Shown: positions 45,051 through 54,914 of the stretch, piece after piece | Position numbering within the stretch: the first letter of the stretch is position 1 | How the letters are laid out: each line of letters starts with the position of its first letter | Assembly (NCBI GenBank): GCA_013335095.1 | Contig: JAAXWF010000002.1 | Span: forward strand, 146,516-203,565 | Direction of reading: 5' to 3' | Source of the DNA: a candidate division WWE3 bacterium | GTDB taxonomy: Bacteria > Patescibacteriota > 4484-211 > GCA-002791395 | DNA: 57,050 nucleotides | Notes under the pieces: model-generated | Databases searched by the model: none | The model's input: the letters and a program-made list of their open reading frames with translations, nothing else | What the model was told of the DNA's origin: nothing | Position numbers and translations under genes: made by a program

Positions 45051-45224
45051 AACTAAAAACGTGTCATTATATCGAAGAGACAGGATATGTCAAATGAAGA
45101 TGCGTTTAGGCTGTCAGTACTTGTTGCAGAAACCTTGTCTTGATACAATTACGCCAGTTTCAAACGGAGTCAATCACGTAGAAATCAAATAATCGTTTAC
45201 GTACACGCATAACAATGCGAATAT

Positions 45225-45299
45225 GGGTCGGTAGCTCAGCGGTAGAGCAGGCGCCTCTTAAGCGTCTGGCCGTGAGTTCGAATCTCACCCGACCCACCA
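45225..45299 (+). tRNA. tRNA-Lys (anticodon CTT) with encoded CCA.
   Basis: The acceptor stem pairs GGGTCGG with CCGACCC. The anticodon stem-loop is GGCGC-CTCTTAA-GCGTC. The T loop is TTCGAAT. Confidence 0.9.
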
Positions 45300-45398
45300 A
45301 AAATACTATAAATAATCCCCGGTAAGTTTTTCCTCGTAGACAGATATAAACATCAGCAGTAAAATCACGAATGGCACTTTGAGTATTTTAACAAGGAG

Positions 45399-47060
45399 AT
45401 GAATACGATCATCAAACGAATCACTGAAAACTGGAAATCGGGAATAACTGTAGCGCTCGTATCGATCCCATTATCGATATCTCTTGCAGTCGCATCACAA
45501 GCAGGTCCTGTCGCAGGCATAATAACGGCCATATGGGCTGGGCTTATTACCTCATTTTTCGGGGGAAGCAATTTTAATATCGTTGGACCAACCGGAGCTC
45601 TGTCTGGGATTTTAGCCGCGTATGCAATAGCGCATGGAGCCAATGCGCTCCCGATGCTCGCAATTGTAAGCGGAATATTAATCCTGATTGCGTATGTCCT
45701 AAAACTCGAAAAGTACCTCATTTATATTCCCTCAAGCGCAATACAAGGATTTACTTTAGGGGTAGCATTTATCATTGCATTTAACCAAACCAACTTTGCC
45801 CTTGGACTATCCGGTCTTAAAACGCACGAAAAATTTATTGATAATTTAACAGAATCTTTCCTGCATATTTCAAACTCTTCATTATTAACATTTGCGGTAT
45901 TTTTAATCTTTTTAATCGGCTTGTTTATACTTCTCAAGGTTTTGCCACGTATACCAGGAGCAATTATTTTGTCTCCAATCGGAATACTACTTGGATTTAT
46001 GACCAGTACTGGACGACTTCCATTTACCCTCCAAACACTCGAAACTAAATTCGGTAACCTCAGTCTTCATTTATTTAATACACCGACAATGACCTTTAGT
46101 ACCACGATTATAATGCCGGCGATTACCGTTGCGGTTGTCGCAATTCTCGAAACAATGATCTCGGCCAAGATCGCCGATGGAATGACCAAAACTAAACACA
46201 ATAAACGCAAAGAGATGTTTGGACTCGGACTTGCGAACATTGCCAGTGGTATTTGTGGAGGAATTCCTGCAACAGCAGCACTTGCACGAACTTCATTGAA
46301 TATAAAAAGTGGTGCCAGCGACAAGATGTCGGCCACAATCAGTAGTATCAGCATCGCCTTAATCTCGACCATATTGCTTGGCTACTTTAAGTACATTCCA
46401 ATGGCAGTGATTGCGGCGATCTTAGTTTTTGTTGCGTTAAGAATGATCGAATTCCATCACATCGTAAGAATGTGGCGTCTTGATAAGATTAGCTTTTTCC
46501 TAACCGTCGCAGTGGCATTTGTGACGATTTATGAAGACCCAATTATCGGAATATTATTTGGAACAGCAGCTGCCCTTATTACCTTAGTTCATTCACTGTC
46601 TCATGGACAATTTAGTGTCGTTACCAAGGATCATCAACTGAATCACACGCATATCATGTCCGATGAACATCTCTCATCGGCAAAACATACGCATCACACC
46701 CTGGTGTATTCAATTAAAGGTCAACTTACCTACGTAAATAGCCAATCGCATATCCATCGATTTGAAGAAAAGCTTAAATCATATCAGAATGTAGTCTTAC
46801 GACTCAGCGAACTAGCGGTAATTGACATCGATGGAGTATCGGCACTTGATGAAATTATCGAAGAGATAACACGTCAAGGTAAAGTAGTACTAATTACCGG
46901 TGTAAATCCTTTCGTCTCAAGACTCCTCGAGCACAGCGATGAATTTAAACGACTCGAAAAAGAACACCTCGTGTTCAAGCGTGTATCTGAGGCGGTTACC
47001 TACTTAAAGAATAAAAAATCGAATCACAAAAAGCATCCGAAAAAAGCTTCAAAGAAATAA
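45399..47060 (+). CDS. SulP-family anion (sulfate/bicarbonate) permease with a C-terminal STAS domain.
   Basis: The polytopic membrane core shows typical SulP segments (GLITSFFGGSNFNIVGPTGALS and GLANIASGICGGIPATAALARTS). A STAS-like tail follows. Confidence 0.9.
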   Translation: MNTIIKRITENWKSGITVALVSIPLSISLAVASQAGPVAGIITAIWAGLITSFFGGSNFNIVGPTGALSGILAAYAIAHGANALPMLAIVSGILILIAYVLKLEKYLIYIPSSAIQGFTLGVAFIIAFNQTNFALGLSGLKTHEKFIDNLTESFLHISNSSLLTFAVFLIFLIGLFILLKVLPRIPGAIILSPIGILLGFMTSTGRLPFTLQTLETKFGNLSLHLFNTPTMTFSTTIIMPAITVAVVAILETMISAKIADGMTKTKHNKRKEMFGLGLANIASGICGGIPATAALARTSLNIKSGASDKMSATISSISIALISTILLGYFKYIPMAVIAAILVFVALRMIEFHHIVRMWRLDKISFFLTVAVAFVTIYEDPIIGILFGTAAALITLVHSLSHGQFSVVTKDHQLNHTHIMSDEHLSSAKHTHHTLVYSIKGQLTYVNSQSHIHRFEEKLKSYQNVVLRLSELAVIDIDGVSALDEIIEEITRQGKVVLITGVNPFVSRLLEHSDEFKRLEKEHLVFKRVSEAVTYLKNKKSNHKKHPKKASKK

Positions 47061-47064
47061 ACTA

Positions 47065-48249
47065 TTAGGTCGTTAACGGTAACAATATTTCGACAGTCGT
47101 CCCCACATTCTGACTATTAGTATTATGTATGAGTGACGGACAAATAAAACGCATGGTACCGTTATGCCTCTGAATAATCTTTTTTGTTAAGTACATACCC
47201 AAATGTGGATTATTGTGAGTATCGGTAATACCAGCGTTATAGCGTCGTATCAAAGCCGGTGAAATACCAGGTCCCTGGTCATGTACTAATATCCAGGCAT
47301 GTGTAGCATTAACACCCGCATCGATAATAATCTCACTCCCATCATCAGAGTAGGTAATTGCATTCGTTAAGAGCGCAGTTAATACGTGCTCTATCCGGCT
47401 ACGATCAGCACTGATGAATAACTCTTCGGTTGGGCAGACACAGTGTATTTTTCTGGATTCAGAGATGATCGAGACATGTGATATGACCCGATTTATCAAC
47501 GGGATCAAATCAAAGCGGGCGATATTGGTGACAAATATTCCAAGGCTTAATCGGGTGAAAACAGTAATATCATTAATTTTGTTCGTCAGGTAAAAAATCT
47601 CACTATTTACCGTATCCATCGCATCAATAAACTTTGATTCAGCACTTTTTTTCTTCATATATGATTGGACATAGTGAGCATACAGCTTAATAGTTGTCAG
47701 TGGGTTTTTTAACTCATGAGCCGCAAAAACAAATAAGGTCCTTAATTCACTAATATTCCGATGAAAAGTCGATTTAGACGCGTTCTTACGCAAAGAATCT
47801 TCGATATATCGTTTTAATAACGTACCTATAACGGTATCGTTGTACGTATCGGGACGAGGGGTAGGAAAAAAATACACGAACGCTCGATGCTTAGTCAGGC
47901 TCAAAGCTACGGGAATGATAACAAGACTTTGAAACGAACTATTGCAATCTGTTTTATCGATACTAATATCCGACGGACTTTCGATGTAATGAATCTTACT
48001 ACTATCAAGTGCGTTAAAAAAAGAAAAATCCGGTTGAAATGTAATTTTTTTATGGGAAAACTCTACCGTACACCGCTTAGTGCGAGAATTAATCAATACG
48101 ACGCATCCATTATTTGCATCAAGTACTTTAATTCCAAGCTTAACGAAGTCCTTGTACGGTTCTCCTGGTGATACGAGATCATTAGACTGCGAAGCGACAT
48201 CATTTATATACGTAATCTTATCAACTAATTGGTCAATCTCTTCCCGCAT
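47065..48249 (-). CDS. Cytoplasmic orphan histidine kinase with a GAF-like N-terminal region.
   Basis: It has an H-box (AHELKNPLT) and HATPase motifs (LTNAITYS, DQGPGISP). No TM segments are present and no response regulator gene is adjacent. Confidence 0.8.
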   Translation of the reverse strand: MREEIDQLVDKITYINDVASQSNDLVSPGEPYKDFVKLGIKVLDANNGCVVLINSRTKRCTVEFSHKKITFQPDFSFFNALDSSKIHYIESPSDISIDKTDCNSSFQSLVIIPVALSLTKHRAFVYFFPTPRPDTYNDTVIGTLLKRYIEDSLRKNASKSTFHRNISELRTLFVFAAHELKNPLTTIKLYAHYVQSYMKKKSAESKFIDAMDTVNSEIFYLTNKINDITVFTRLSLGIFVTNIARFDLIPLINRVISHVSIISESRKIHCVCPTEELFISADRSRIEHVLTALLTNAITYSDDGSEIIIDAGVNATHAWILVHDQGPGISPALIRRYNAGITDTHNNPHLGMYLTKKIIQRHNGTMRFICPSLIHNTNSQNVGTTVEILLPLTT

Positions 48250-48303
48250 TTGGTATTTATTGTAGTGTATTTTTGTAATAATCCCAACAAATTTTGTACT
48301 TTT

Positions 48304-49002
48304 TTACGCAAGAGGCGATACAACCATCGAAACTTCGCCGCGGGGTGGGTGGGAAGTAAAATATTCAATTGATTCTGATAATAGGCCACGGTATGTATGT
48401 TGAAACATCTTGGTTAATTCAATGCTTACCGAAATTCGTTGTTCGCCAAGTATTTCATAAAGTTCCTGTAACGATTCGACCAACCGATGTGGGGATTCGT
48501 ACATTATCCACGTCATCGGAGAAAGAGAGTGCAGGAGTTCTTCTTTTCGTCCGCGTTTTTTGGGCAAAAATCCTAAAAATGTAAATTTATCTGGTGGAAG
48601 TCCCGAGAGTTGGAGTGCCGGAAGTAAGGCATTGGCCCCGGGAATCGCATCAATAGTAATCTCTGGTTGTAGCTGACTTAGTTTAATGACTTCCCGAACC
48701 AGATTGTACCCAGGATCAGAAACAAGTGGCGTACCACGGTCCGAAACAAGACCAACATTTAAACCTTGCTGCAACGCGGCTAAGACCTCGGGAATACGCC
48801 GATCACGATTAAAGTCGTTATATGAAAGAAGTCGCGGCATGTGATTGTTTTGCTGATAGGTAGAGTACGTATCAAGAAGTTTTTTGGTCTCACGAGTATC
48901 TTCACACAAAAGGATATCGACAGACCAGATAGTACGAATAGCACGAATCGTTATATCTTCGAGATTGCCGATGGGGGTTGATATTAGGTACAAAGTTGGC
49001 AT
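48304..49002 (-). CDS. rsmI: 16S rRNA (cytidine1402-2'-O)-methyltransferase.
   Basis: The N-terminus reads LYLISTPIGNLEDITIRAIRT...LLCEDTR. The tetrapyrrole-methylase fold and the length are typical of RsmI. Confidence 0.85.
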   Translation of the reverse strand: MPTLYLISTPIGNLEDITIRAIRTIWSVDILLCEDTRETKKLLDTYSTYQQNNHMPRLLSYNDFNRDRRIPEVLAALQQGLNVGLVSDRGTPLVSDPGYNLVREVIKLSQLQPEITIDAIPGANALLPALQLSGLPPDKFTFLGFLPKKRGRKEELLHSLSPMTWIMYESPHRLVESLQELYEILGEQRISVSIELTKMFQHTYRGLLSESIEYFTSHPPRGEVSMVVSPLA

Positions 49003-49083
49003 ATGCCCATTATCTCATGAATATTGTAGTCTCGCTTTGCGCAAGTGTTTTTTTTCGTTATACTAAAAATATATTGAGACCAC

Positions 49084-51174
49084 ATGGATCTTTCTAGTGT
49101 ACATACTTCGCCCAAACGATTATTAACTCCTCTGGATTTAGCTCTCGTGCATTGGAAGATTCAGGCAATTTTTCACTTTACCTTTGGGATCCCTCTTGCA
49201 TCTTTGGCTGGAATCTCGTGGGGTGTGTCATTAAGCTCGATGATCCTGGTGATTATTGCCTACTTGGGGTTGTACTTTTTTATCTACTTTCCGTTCTATT
49301 ACTTTTTTGCCTCAATCCAGATCAAACGATTAGGTGATGATTTTGATGAAATTAATCGGGGAGGCGGGATCCAAACAACTGCGGCTGCCGATGTCGTTAG
49401 CCGTCTTCTAAATTTCCCCCTTAATATAGCCGGTTTAATAGCAATAATAGAACTATCAGCGTTCTGCATTGGCGGTTACATATACTACTCGGGAAATTTT
49501 ATTCCTGAATTGATTCCAATCCGATCTTTGGTAGCAGTTCAAGTTATCTTTTTAGGTATTGTGGCATCGACGAACATTAGTTTGTTGAACTGGATCCTTT
49601 TGAGCAACAAAATGAGCGATGTCGCCAGTAAAATCATTCAGCAATACCCGATGCTTTTAGATAGCAAAAACCTCTCGATCCGGCGGATACCCGTGTTTAC
49701 CAAGATCTTTTTGATACTATTACTCACCACGTTAGCGGGTGAAACATCAATTGTGATCTTCTTTGCCACATATATGCTTTCCACCACACCACGAAATTTA
49801 GTGTTGAACCTAACTTTCATCGCTACGGTTGTTCTGATTAACATGGTGTATACCTTAATTATTACTCCGATTGTGTCAAACAGTTTCATTTTGCCGCTAA
49901 AAAAGATTGCTGAATGGATTCAATTAATCACTAAGGGTCAGTACAACGAACAGATTAACTACATTACCAATGATGAACATGGCGACATTATTCTTGGATC
50001 TAATCGCATGATGAAGAAGCTCAATAAAGCAACAGCTCAATTAACCCGTTCCATGCAGCGATTACAGGAGGATCGATCCGTCATTGAGCTGGAAAAAAAT
50101 AAGCTTTCTACGGTATTATTTGGAGTAGGCGATGGTGTGATCGCTCTTAATAAGGAGAAAGAGATCGTACTGATGAATAAGGCCAGCGAAGATTTGACCG
50201 GTACAACCGAGGGCATGATGCTCCATAAGCCGATCGATAAACTGTGCACCATGACCGATGAACAGGGCGGTCCATTAACTACATCGGTGTATTGTCCACC
50301 TTTTTCAAGTAAAGTCGGCGCACAAAAAGAAAGCCGCTCATACCAAAATGTAAAATTGATTACCCAGACGGGTCAGGAGTTGTATGTTAATTTATTATGT
50401 TCGACCATACCGTATACCGATGAGACCGATGCAACCTATATCGTTTCATTCCACGACGTGACCGATGAGCATGAACTCGAAGAAATGAAGCTTGATTTCG
50501 TTTCGATGGCGGCCCATGAGCTGCGAACCCCACTTACGTCGATTTTGGGTTACATGTCGGTGTATCTTAAAGAGAATAATTCCCACTTGAATGACCCACA
50601 AAAGATGATGCTTAACCGAGTATTTTATTCTGCTCAAGATTTGACGAGTTTAGTCGAGAATCTGCTGAATGTGTCAAAGATTGAGCGTAATGCACTAAAT
50701 CTAAACTTTATTGATCTCAATTGGGGAGAAAAAGTTCGCCAAATATTCGATACGGTGAAATTTATTGCATTAGAAAAGAAGATTACGTTAACTTGTGATT
50801 TACCGGAGAGTTTCAGTACAGTCGTTTCTGCTGATGCGACTCGTATTGGTGAGGTTCTGACCAATTTGCTTACTAATGCAGTAAACTATACTCAGGTTGG
50901 CGGTAAAGTTAAATTATGGATCGAAGAGACGCCAACCGAGGTGATTACCCATATTTCGGATACCGGGATAGGCATCCCCGAAACTGCTATACCTCACTTA
51001 TTTACCAAATTTTTCCGTGTTTCGGGCAATTTGGAACAAGGATCAAAAGGTACCGGTTTGGGACTATATATCTCCCGCGCGATCGTCGAGATGCATAAGG
51101 GAAAAATCTGGGTCGAGTCAAAACTTGATTCTGGTTCAACATTTAGTTTCAGCTTGCCGAAAAAAAATGTATAA
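49084..51174 (+). CDS. Membrane sensor histidine kinase (multi-TM, HAMP, PAS, HisKA, HATPase).
   Basis: It has about 6 TM helices, a PAS-like segment (LSTVLFGVGDGVIALNKEKEIVLMNKA), an H-box (AHELRTPLT) and HATPase boxes (LTNAVNYT, DTGIGIP, GTGLGLYISR). Confidence 0.9.
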   Translation: MDLSSVHTSPKRLLTPLDLALVHWKIQAIFHFTFGIPLASLAGISWGVSLSSMILVIIAYLGLYFFIYFPFYYFFASIQIKRLGDDFDEINRGGGIQTTAAADVVSRLLNFPLNIAGLIAIIELSAFCIGGYIYYSGNFIPELIPIRSLVAVQVIFLGIVASTNISLLNWILLSNKMSDVASKIIQQYPMLLDSKNLSIRRIPVFTKIFLILLLTTLAGETSIVIFFATYMLSTTPRNLVLNLTFIATVVLINMVYTLIITPIVSNSFILPLKKIAEWIQLITKGQYNEQINYITNDEHGDIILGSNRMMKKLNKATAQLTRSMQRLQEDRSVIELEKNKLSTVLFGVGDGVIALNKEKEIVLMNKASEDLTGTTEGMMLHKPIDKLCTMTDEQGGPLTTSVYCPPFSSKVGAQKESRSYQNVKLITQTGQELYVNLLCSTIPYTDETDATYIVSFHDVTDEHELEEMKLDFVSMAAHELRTPLTSILGYMSVYLKENNSHLNDPQKMMLNRVFYSAQDLTSLVENLLNVSKIERNALNLNFIDLNWGEKVRQIFDTVKFIALEKKITLTCDLPESFSTVVSADATRIGEVLTNLLTNAVNYTQVGGKVKLWIEETPTEVITHISDTGIGIPETAIPHLFTKFFRVSGNLEQGSKGTGLGLYISRAIVEMHKGKIWVESKLDSGSTFSFSLPKKNV

Positions 51175-51186
51175 TGGGTAAAGGCT

Positions 51187-51591
51187 ATGGAAAATAAGGT
51201 TCTGTTAGTCGAAGATGAACAGTATATCCGAGAACTGTACGAGCTGATCCTCAATCAGGAAGGCTACCATGTTATTACCGCTGCAGATGGTGAGACTGGT
51301 GCGAATTTAGCTATCCAAGAAAAACCCAATTTAATTCTTCTAGATATTATGTTACCCAAAAAGAACGGGGTCGATATTTTGCGCGATGTAGTAAGTAATT
51401 CCGAGACGTCTCATATCCCGGTAATTATGTTGACCAATCTGGGGCAAGAGAGTGTGATGATGGAGTGTTTACGTTTGGGAGCCAAAGAGTACATTATTAA
51501 GTTGCAGATAGACCCCTATTCACTGTTAAACGTGGTTAAGAAGTATATTCCGAGTCCAAAAGAGGCAGAGCAGAATTCCCCGGCCATGTAA
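51187..51591 (+). CDS. Single-domain (CheY-like) response regulator.
   Basis: Receiver-domain motifs are present: VLLVEDE, LILLDIMLPKKNG, MLTN and the conserved K in EYIIK. Confidence 0.85.
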   Translation: MENKVLLVEDEQYIRELYELILNQEGYHVITAADGETGANLAIQEKPNLILLDIMLPKKNGVDILRDVVSNSETSHIPVIMLTNLGQESVMMECLRLGAKEYIIKLQIDPYSLLNVVKKYIPSPKEAEQNSPAM

Positions 51592-51631
51592 CCTAAAAGT
51601 ACGCGAAATGTGGTACAATCAGAACGCGGAT

Positions 51632-51706
51632 GCGGGAGTTGCACAGTGGTAGTGCGCTTCCTTGCCAAGGAAGAGGTCGCGGGTTCGAATCCCGTCTCCC
51701 GCTCCA
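51632..51706 (+). tRNA. tRNA-Gly (anticodon GCC) with encoded CCA.
   Basis: The acceptor stem pairs GCGGGAG with CTCCCGC. The anticodon stem-loop is CTTCC-TTGCCAA-GGAAG. The T arm is GCGGG-TTCGAAT-CCCGT. An extended -10 (TGGTACAAT) lies at 51611-51619. Confidence 0.9.
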
Positions 51707-51738
51707 TATCTTGTTTACGAGATCTCGCAAACAAGATA
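51707..51738 (+). terminator. Long hairpin immediately 3' of tRNA-Gly. Candidate terminator or processing structure.
   Basis: The hairpin is TATCTTGTTT-A-CGAGATCTCG-C-AAACAAGATA, with a 10-bp outer stem and an inner palindrome. No clear T-run follows. Confidence 0.35.
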
Positions 51739-51829
51739 CTTGAATTCTAGTAAATGCTTGTAATTGCGATAGAATCAACACTTTCTCGATCGCAAAAACT
51801 CTCAACTTCTCTAATAATTTGACACAAGT

Positions 51830-52051
51830 TTACGCTTGTAATTTTCTCTTTTTACCTCTCCTTTGAGCAGAAAATTGCCTTCTTGCCAATGTTTTCATGG
51901 TTCGAATCTTGTCGCTAGGAAAAGTTAGTACAAGAATTCTCATAAATCGATTTGCCTTTTCTTCGGCTTGTTCATATGGAATTATTATGCCCATGACTTC
52001 GTAGTAGACTTTCATGAAGTCAAAGATTGCCTGAGGTGATAGTTTGTTCAA
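51830..52051 (-). CDS. Small hypothetical protein (73 aa) with a basic C-terminus.
   Basis: Only the ORF supports this call. I recognise no motif. Confidence 0.35.
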   Translation of the reverse strand: MNKLSPQAIFDFMKVYYEVMGIIIPYEQAEEKANRFMRILVLTFPSDKIRTMKTLARRQFSAQRRGKKRKLQA

Positions 52052-52096
52052 ATATATATTTCATAATAATTAAAATATGGATATGATCATTATGAT

Positions 52097-53215
52097 ATGA
52101 AACTAGATTGGCAAAGAATAAATAGTTGGCGACTATATAAACACGGTCTATTGGCAACTTCCAATAATTCCTTTGATGTTGTGTCAAAAGTAATCGGTCT
52201 TCAATCTCAAGTATTATCTGCTGCAGAATTATCTCTGTTTGTAAGAATGACCAGTTTAAAACGAAATTCGTTTCATACTGCTCTAAAAAAAGATCACACG
52301 TTAATTAAAACATGGATGATGAGAGGAACTCTCCATCTAACCACCCCTGATATATATCAATTATTTGTATCAGCTAGGAAGGTGAACCTTTTAAGGTGGT
52401 ATCGATACTTTGAATATTACGGAATATCAGAAAAGGATTTCGAACTGTATATAGAATCAGCAAACGAAGTTCTTTCTGATACCCCTACCACTCGTGAAGA
52501 ATTAGCTCGTAGGCTGGCAGAGGTTAATAGAAATAAGAATATCAAAGAGTTAATCACTTCAAAAAGCTGGGGATCACCTCTAAAACCACTTGCTTGGGCA
52601 GGATATCTTTCATTTGGAGCTAATCAAAGTCAAAATGTTACTTTTATTAATCCTCGTTTCTACATTAAGAATTGGAAAGAAAGTGACCCCATTATGGCTT
52701 TACAAGAAATAATTAGAAAGTACTTGCAAGTATATGGTCCATCAAATGTCAAACAATTTACAAATTGGTGGGATGGGGGAAGTGGTTTGACCTACAATAA
52801 AAAAGTATTTGATACTCTCTCTGATGAATTAGCTGAAGTGACTATAGGAGACTGGAGGGGTGTAATTTTAGAATCGATGAAAAGTGAACTTGTAGATTAC
52901 CAGATGAATGATCATTGTTTATTACTTCCTTTATTTGACGCTTTTACCATTGGGCTAGAAAGAGGAAGCGATTTGTTTCAAACACTTGCTAAGAAATTTC
53001 ATAAATTTGTCTTCAGACCTCAAGGATGGATATCTGCTGTTATAGTAATTAATGGTTCAATTCAAGGAGTGTGGGAGTATAAGATTCAAAGTGGCAAATT
53101 AATAGTCAAAATACAGGGGTTCAGCACTTTTTCATTAAGCACGAAAAACGACATTTCAAATCGAGTTAATGATTTTGCAGAATATCTGAGTTGCAAGCCA
53201 GAGATTACATTTTAA
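52097..53215 (+). CDS. AlkZ/YcaQ-like winged-helix DNA glycosylase family protein (DUF1006/HTH_42).
   Basis: The N-terminus reads INSWRLYKHGL...VIGLQSQVLSAAELSLFVR. The length (372 aa) and overall pattern are typical of 'winged helix DNA-binding domain-containing' AlkZ-like proteins. Confidence 0.7.
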   Translation: MKLDWQRINSWRLYKHGLLATSNNSFDVVSKVIGLQSQVLSAAELSLFVRMTSLKRNSFHTALKKDHTLIKTWMMRGTLHLTTPDIYQLFVSARKVNLLRWYRYFEYYGISEKDFELYIESANEVLSDTPTTREELARRLAEVNRNKNIKELITSKSWGSPLKPLAWAGYLSFGANQSQNVTFINPRFYIKNWKESDPIMALQEIIRKYLQVYGPSNVKQFTNWWDGGSGLTYNKKVFDTLSDELAEVTIGDWRGVILESMKSELVDYQMNDHCLLLPLFDAFTIGLERGSDLFQTLAKKFHKFVFRPQGWISAVIVINGSIQGVWEYKIQSGKLIVKIQGFSTFSLSTKNDISNRVNDFAEYLSCKPEITF

Positions 53216-53526
53216 ATAGGGCTGTGAATTTTATATAAAATATGAGATTTTGCCTAAATAGTTTGGTAAAAAAGTGTCTTTGCTAACAAACTTCAGCTCC
53301 CCTTTCTCAATTGCAGCTCGGACTTCATCCAGTGCCCAGCTCCATTTTTACTGATAATAAGGCCTAATCCATAATCCAATATTCAGAGAGAAGTTCCACA
53401 TCGAAGGTCATAAGATGATAACGCAGATACATGAAACCGGAATATCTATAATCTTGAATTTGGGTAAATCACAATAATAAATCATACCTATTGAAATCGC
53501 TTGCTTATAAGTACAATAATGTAACT

Positions 53527-54042
53527 ATGAGTAGAGCACAAAATAAATCTGAACTTCTTGAGTTTGGTAAATATGAATTTGATCGGTTATGTGCATTAAT
53601 AGAGCAGCTAACTCCGCATCAGCGCGATAAAGAATATATCTTTGATAATCGTACCGCAAAAGACATCGTAGCCCATGTGTATGCATGGCAGTTACTCGAA
53701 ATAAATTGGTATGAACAAGGTATGGCGGGTAAAAAACCTGCAATACCTGCACCAGGCTATACGTTTAAGGATGCACCACAACTAAACGAAAAATTGTATC
53801 AAGAATATAAATCGATCTCTTGGATTGAACTTAAAAAGCAATTAACTGATACGCATAGCCGATTGATGAAAACGATTTCACATCACAGCGACAATGACCT
53901 CGTAACAAAAAAGAAATACGACTGGACCGGATCAACGAATATGGCAACTTATTTTGCGGCGGCACTTTCAAGCCATTATGTATGGGCTATCGACTTAATA
54001 CGAAAGCATTTCAAAATATCACTTAAAAAAGAACGGCCATGA
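53527..54042 (+). CDS. ClbS/DfsB-family (DUF1706) four-helix-bundle protein.
   Basis: The stretches SKSELLEFGKYEFDRLCALIEQL...DIVAHVYAWQLLEINWYEQG...Y and the C-terminal HYVWAI match the ClbS/DfsB pattern. I prefer the ATG at 53527; the ORF track starts at the TTG at 53491. Confidence 0.7.
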   Translation: MSRAQNKSELLEFGKYEFDRLCALIEQLTPHQRDKEYIFDNRTAKDIVAHVYAWQLLEINWYEQGMAGKKPAIPAPGYTFKDAPQLNEKLYQEYKSISWIELKKQLTDTHSRLMKTISHHSDNDLVTKKKYDWTGSTNMATYFAAALSSHYVWAIDLIRKHFKISLKKERP

Positions 54043-54299
54043 CAAGTATGACCAACCCACCAACAAAGTGCTTTAACTGTTCGCAAAAAACCGATAATAC
54101 GTTGTATGGATTTTATGTCTGTAAACCATGCGAAGAGAAGATTGGGCTTATGAGTAAAGAAACAATCCAGCAGCACGTAGATAAAAACAAAGATTTTAAG
54201 AAAGAGGCACAAGCAAAGTTAGCCGTTCTTGAAAAAGACTATGCCCGTAAGAAAATAAAACTCCTTCACATCATTCACCAGACATCTTCACCTCAATAG
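54039..54299 (+). CDS. Small zinc-ribbon protein (86 aa).
   Basis: A CxxC-x(14)-CxxC motif is present (CFNCSQKTDNTLYGFYVCKPCEEK). The start forms an ATGA overlap with the upstream stop codon. Confidence 0.45.
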   Translation: MTSMTNPPTKCFNCSQKTDNTLYGFYVCKPCEEKIGLMSKETIQQHVDKNKDFKKEAQAKLAVLEKDYARKKIKLLHIIHQTSSPQ

Positions 54300-54313
54300 C
54301 GTACAATCGAGCC

Positions 54314-54907
54314 GTGGTTAATATACCAATAACTCAGCAAGTAGATGAACTAATCCGAATCGTGCGCAAGAATAACTTTAATGACGTCATATTAAATAGT
54401 GATCCGTTTCCTGACTCAGTATCTTGGTATTTAGGAGCAGGATGCATCAGCCAAAGCATCTGGAATGAGCTTCATAATCGATCACACGAACAGGGGATTA
54501 AGGACTACGACCTCATCTACTTTGACCCAAGCGACATAAGCAAAGAAGCCGAAGAACTAACCCAACAAAAAATTAACAAACAATTTTCACACCTCCCAAT
54601 ATATATCGAAGTAGTAAACCAAGCCCGCGTTCACACCTGGTACGAACAAGACTTTGGTAAAAAAATCCCCCCACTCACTTCATGCGAAGATGCGATCAAT
54701 CAATGGCCGACAACCGCAACCACCATTGGAATAACGTCCCACAATGGCAAAGACGCAGTCTATGCACCTTACGGCCTCAATGATTTGTTTGGACTCATCG
54801 TTCGGCCAAATAAACCCCACGTCATACGATCAGTGTACGAACAAAAAATCGCCAAATGGGCAACAACCTGGCCCAATCTAGTAGTAATACCGTGGGAACA
54901 TATATAA
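54314..54907 (+). CDS. Nucleotidyltransferase-family protein (PF06042/DUF925-like).
   Basis: The stretches YLGAGCISQSIWN...DYDLIYFD...IEVVNQARVH resemble this family. The start codon is GTG. Confidence 0.55.
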   Translation: MVNIPITQQVDELIRIVRKNNFNDVILNSDPFPDSVSWYLGAGCISQSIWNELHNRSHEQGIKDYDLIYFDPSDISKEAEELTQQKINKQFSHLPIYIEVVNQARVHTWYEQDFGKKIPPLTSCEDAINQWPTTATTIGITSHNGKDAVYAPYGLNDLFGLIVRPNKPHVIRSVYEQKIAKWATTWPNLVVIPWEHI

Positions 54908-54914
54908 TAGAATT

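Noticed and set aside
53335-53345. CCCAGCTCCAT resembles the 3' end of tRNA-Gly (CCCGCTCCAT). I considered it as a possible att repeat closing an island after tRNA-Gly.
   Set aside because: Only about 9 of 10 positions match, or the alignment needs an indel. A match of that quality is expected by chance somewhere in the ~4.7 kb I scanned, so it is not convincing.
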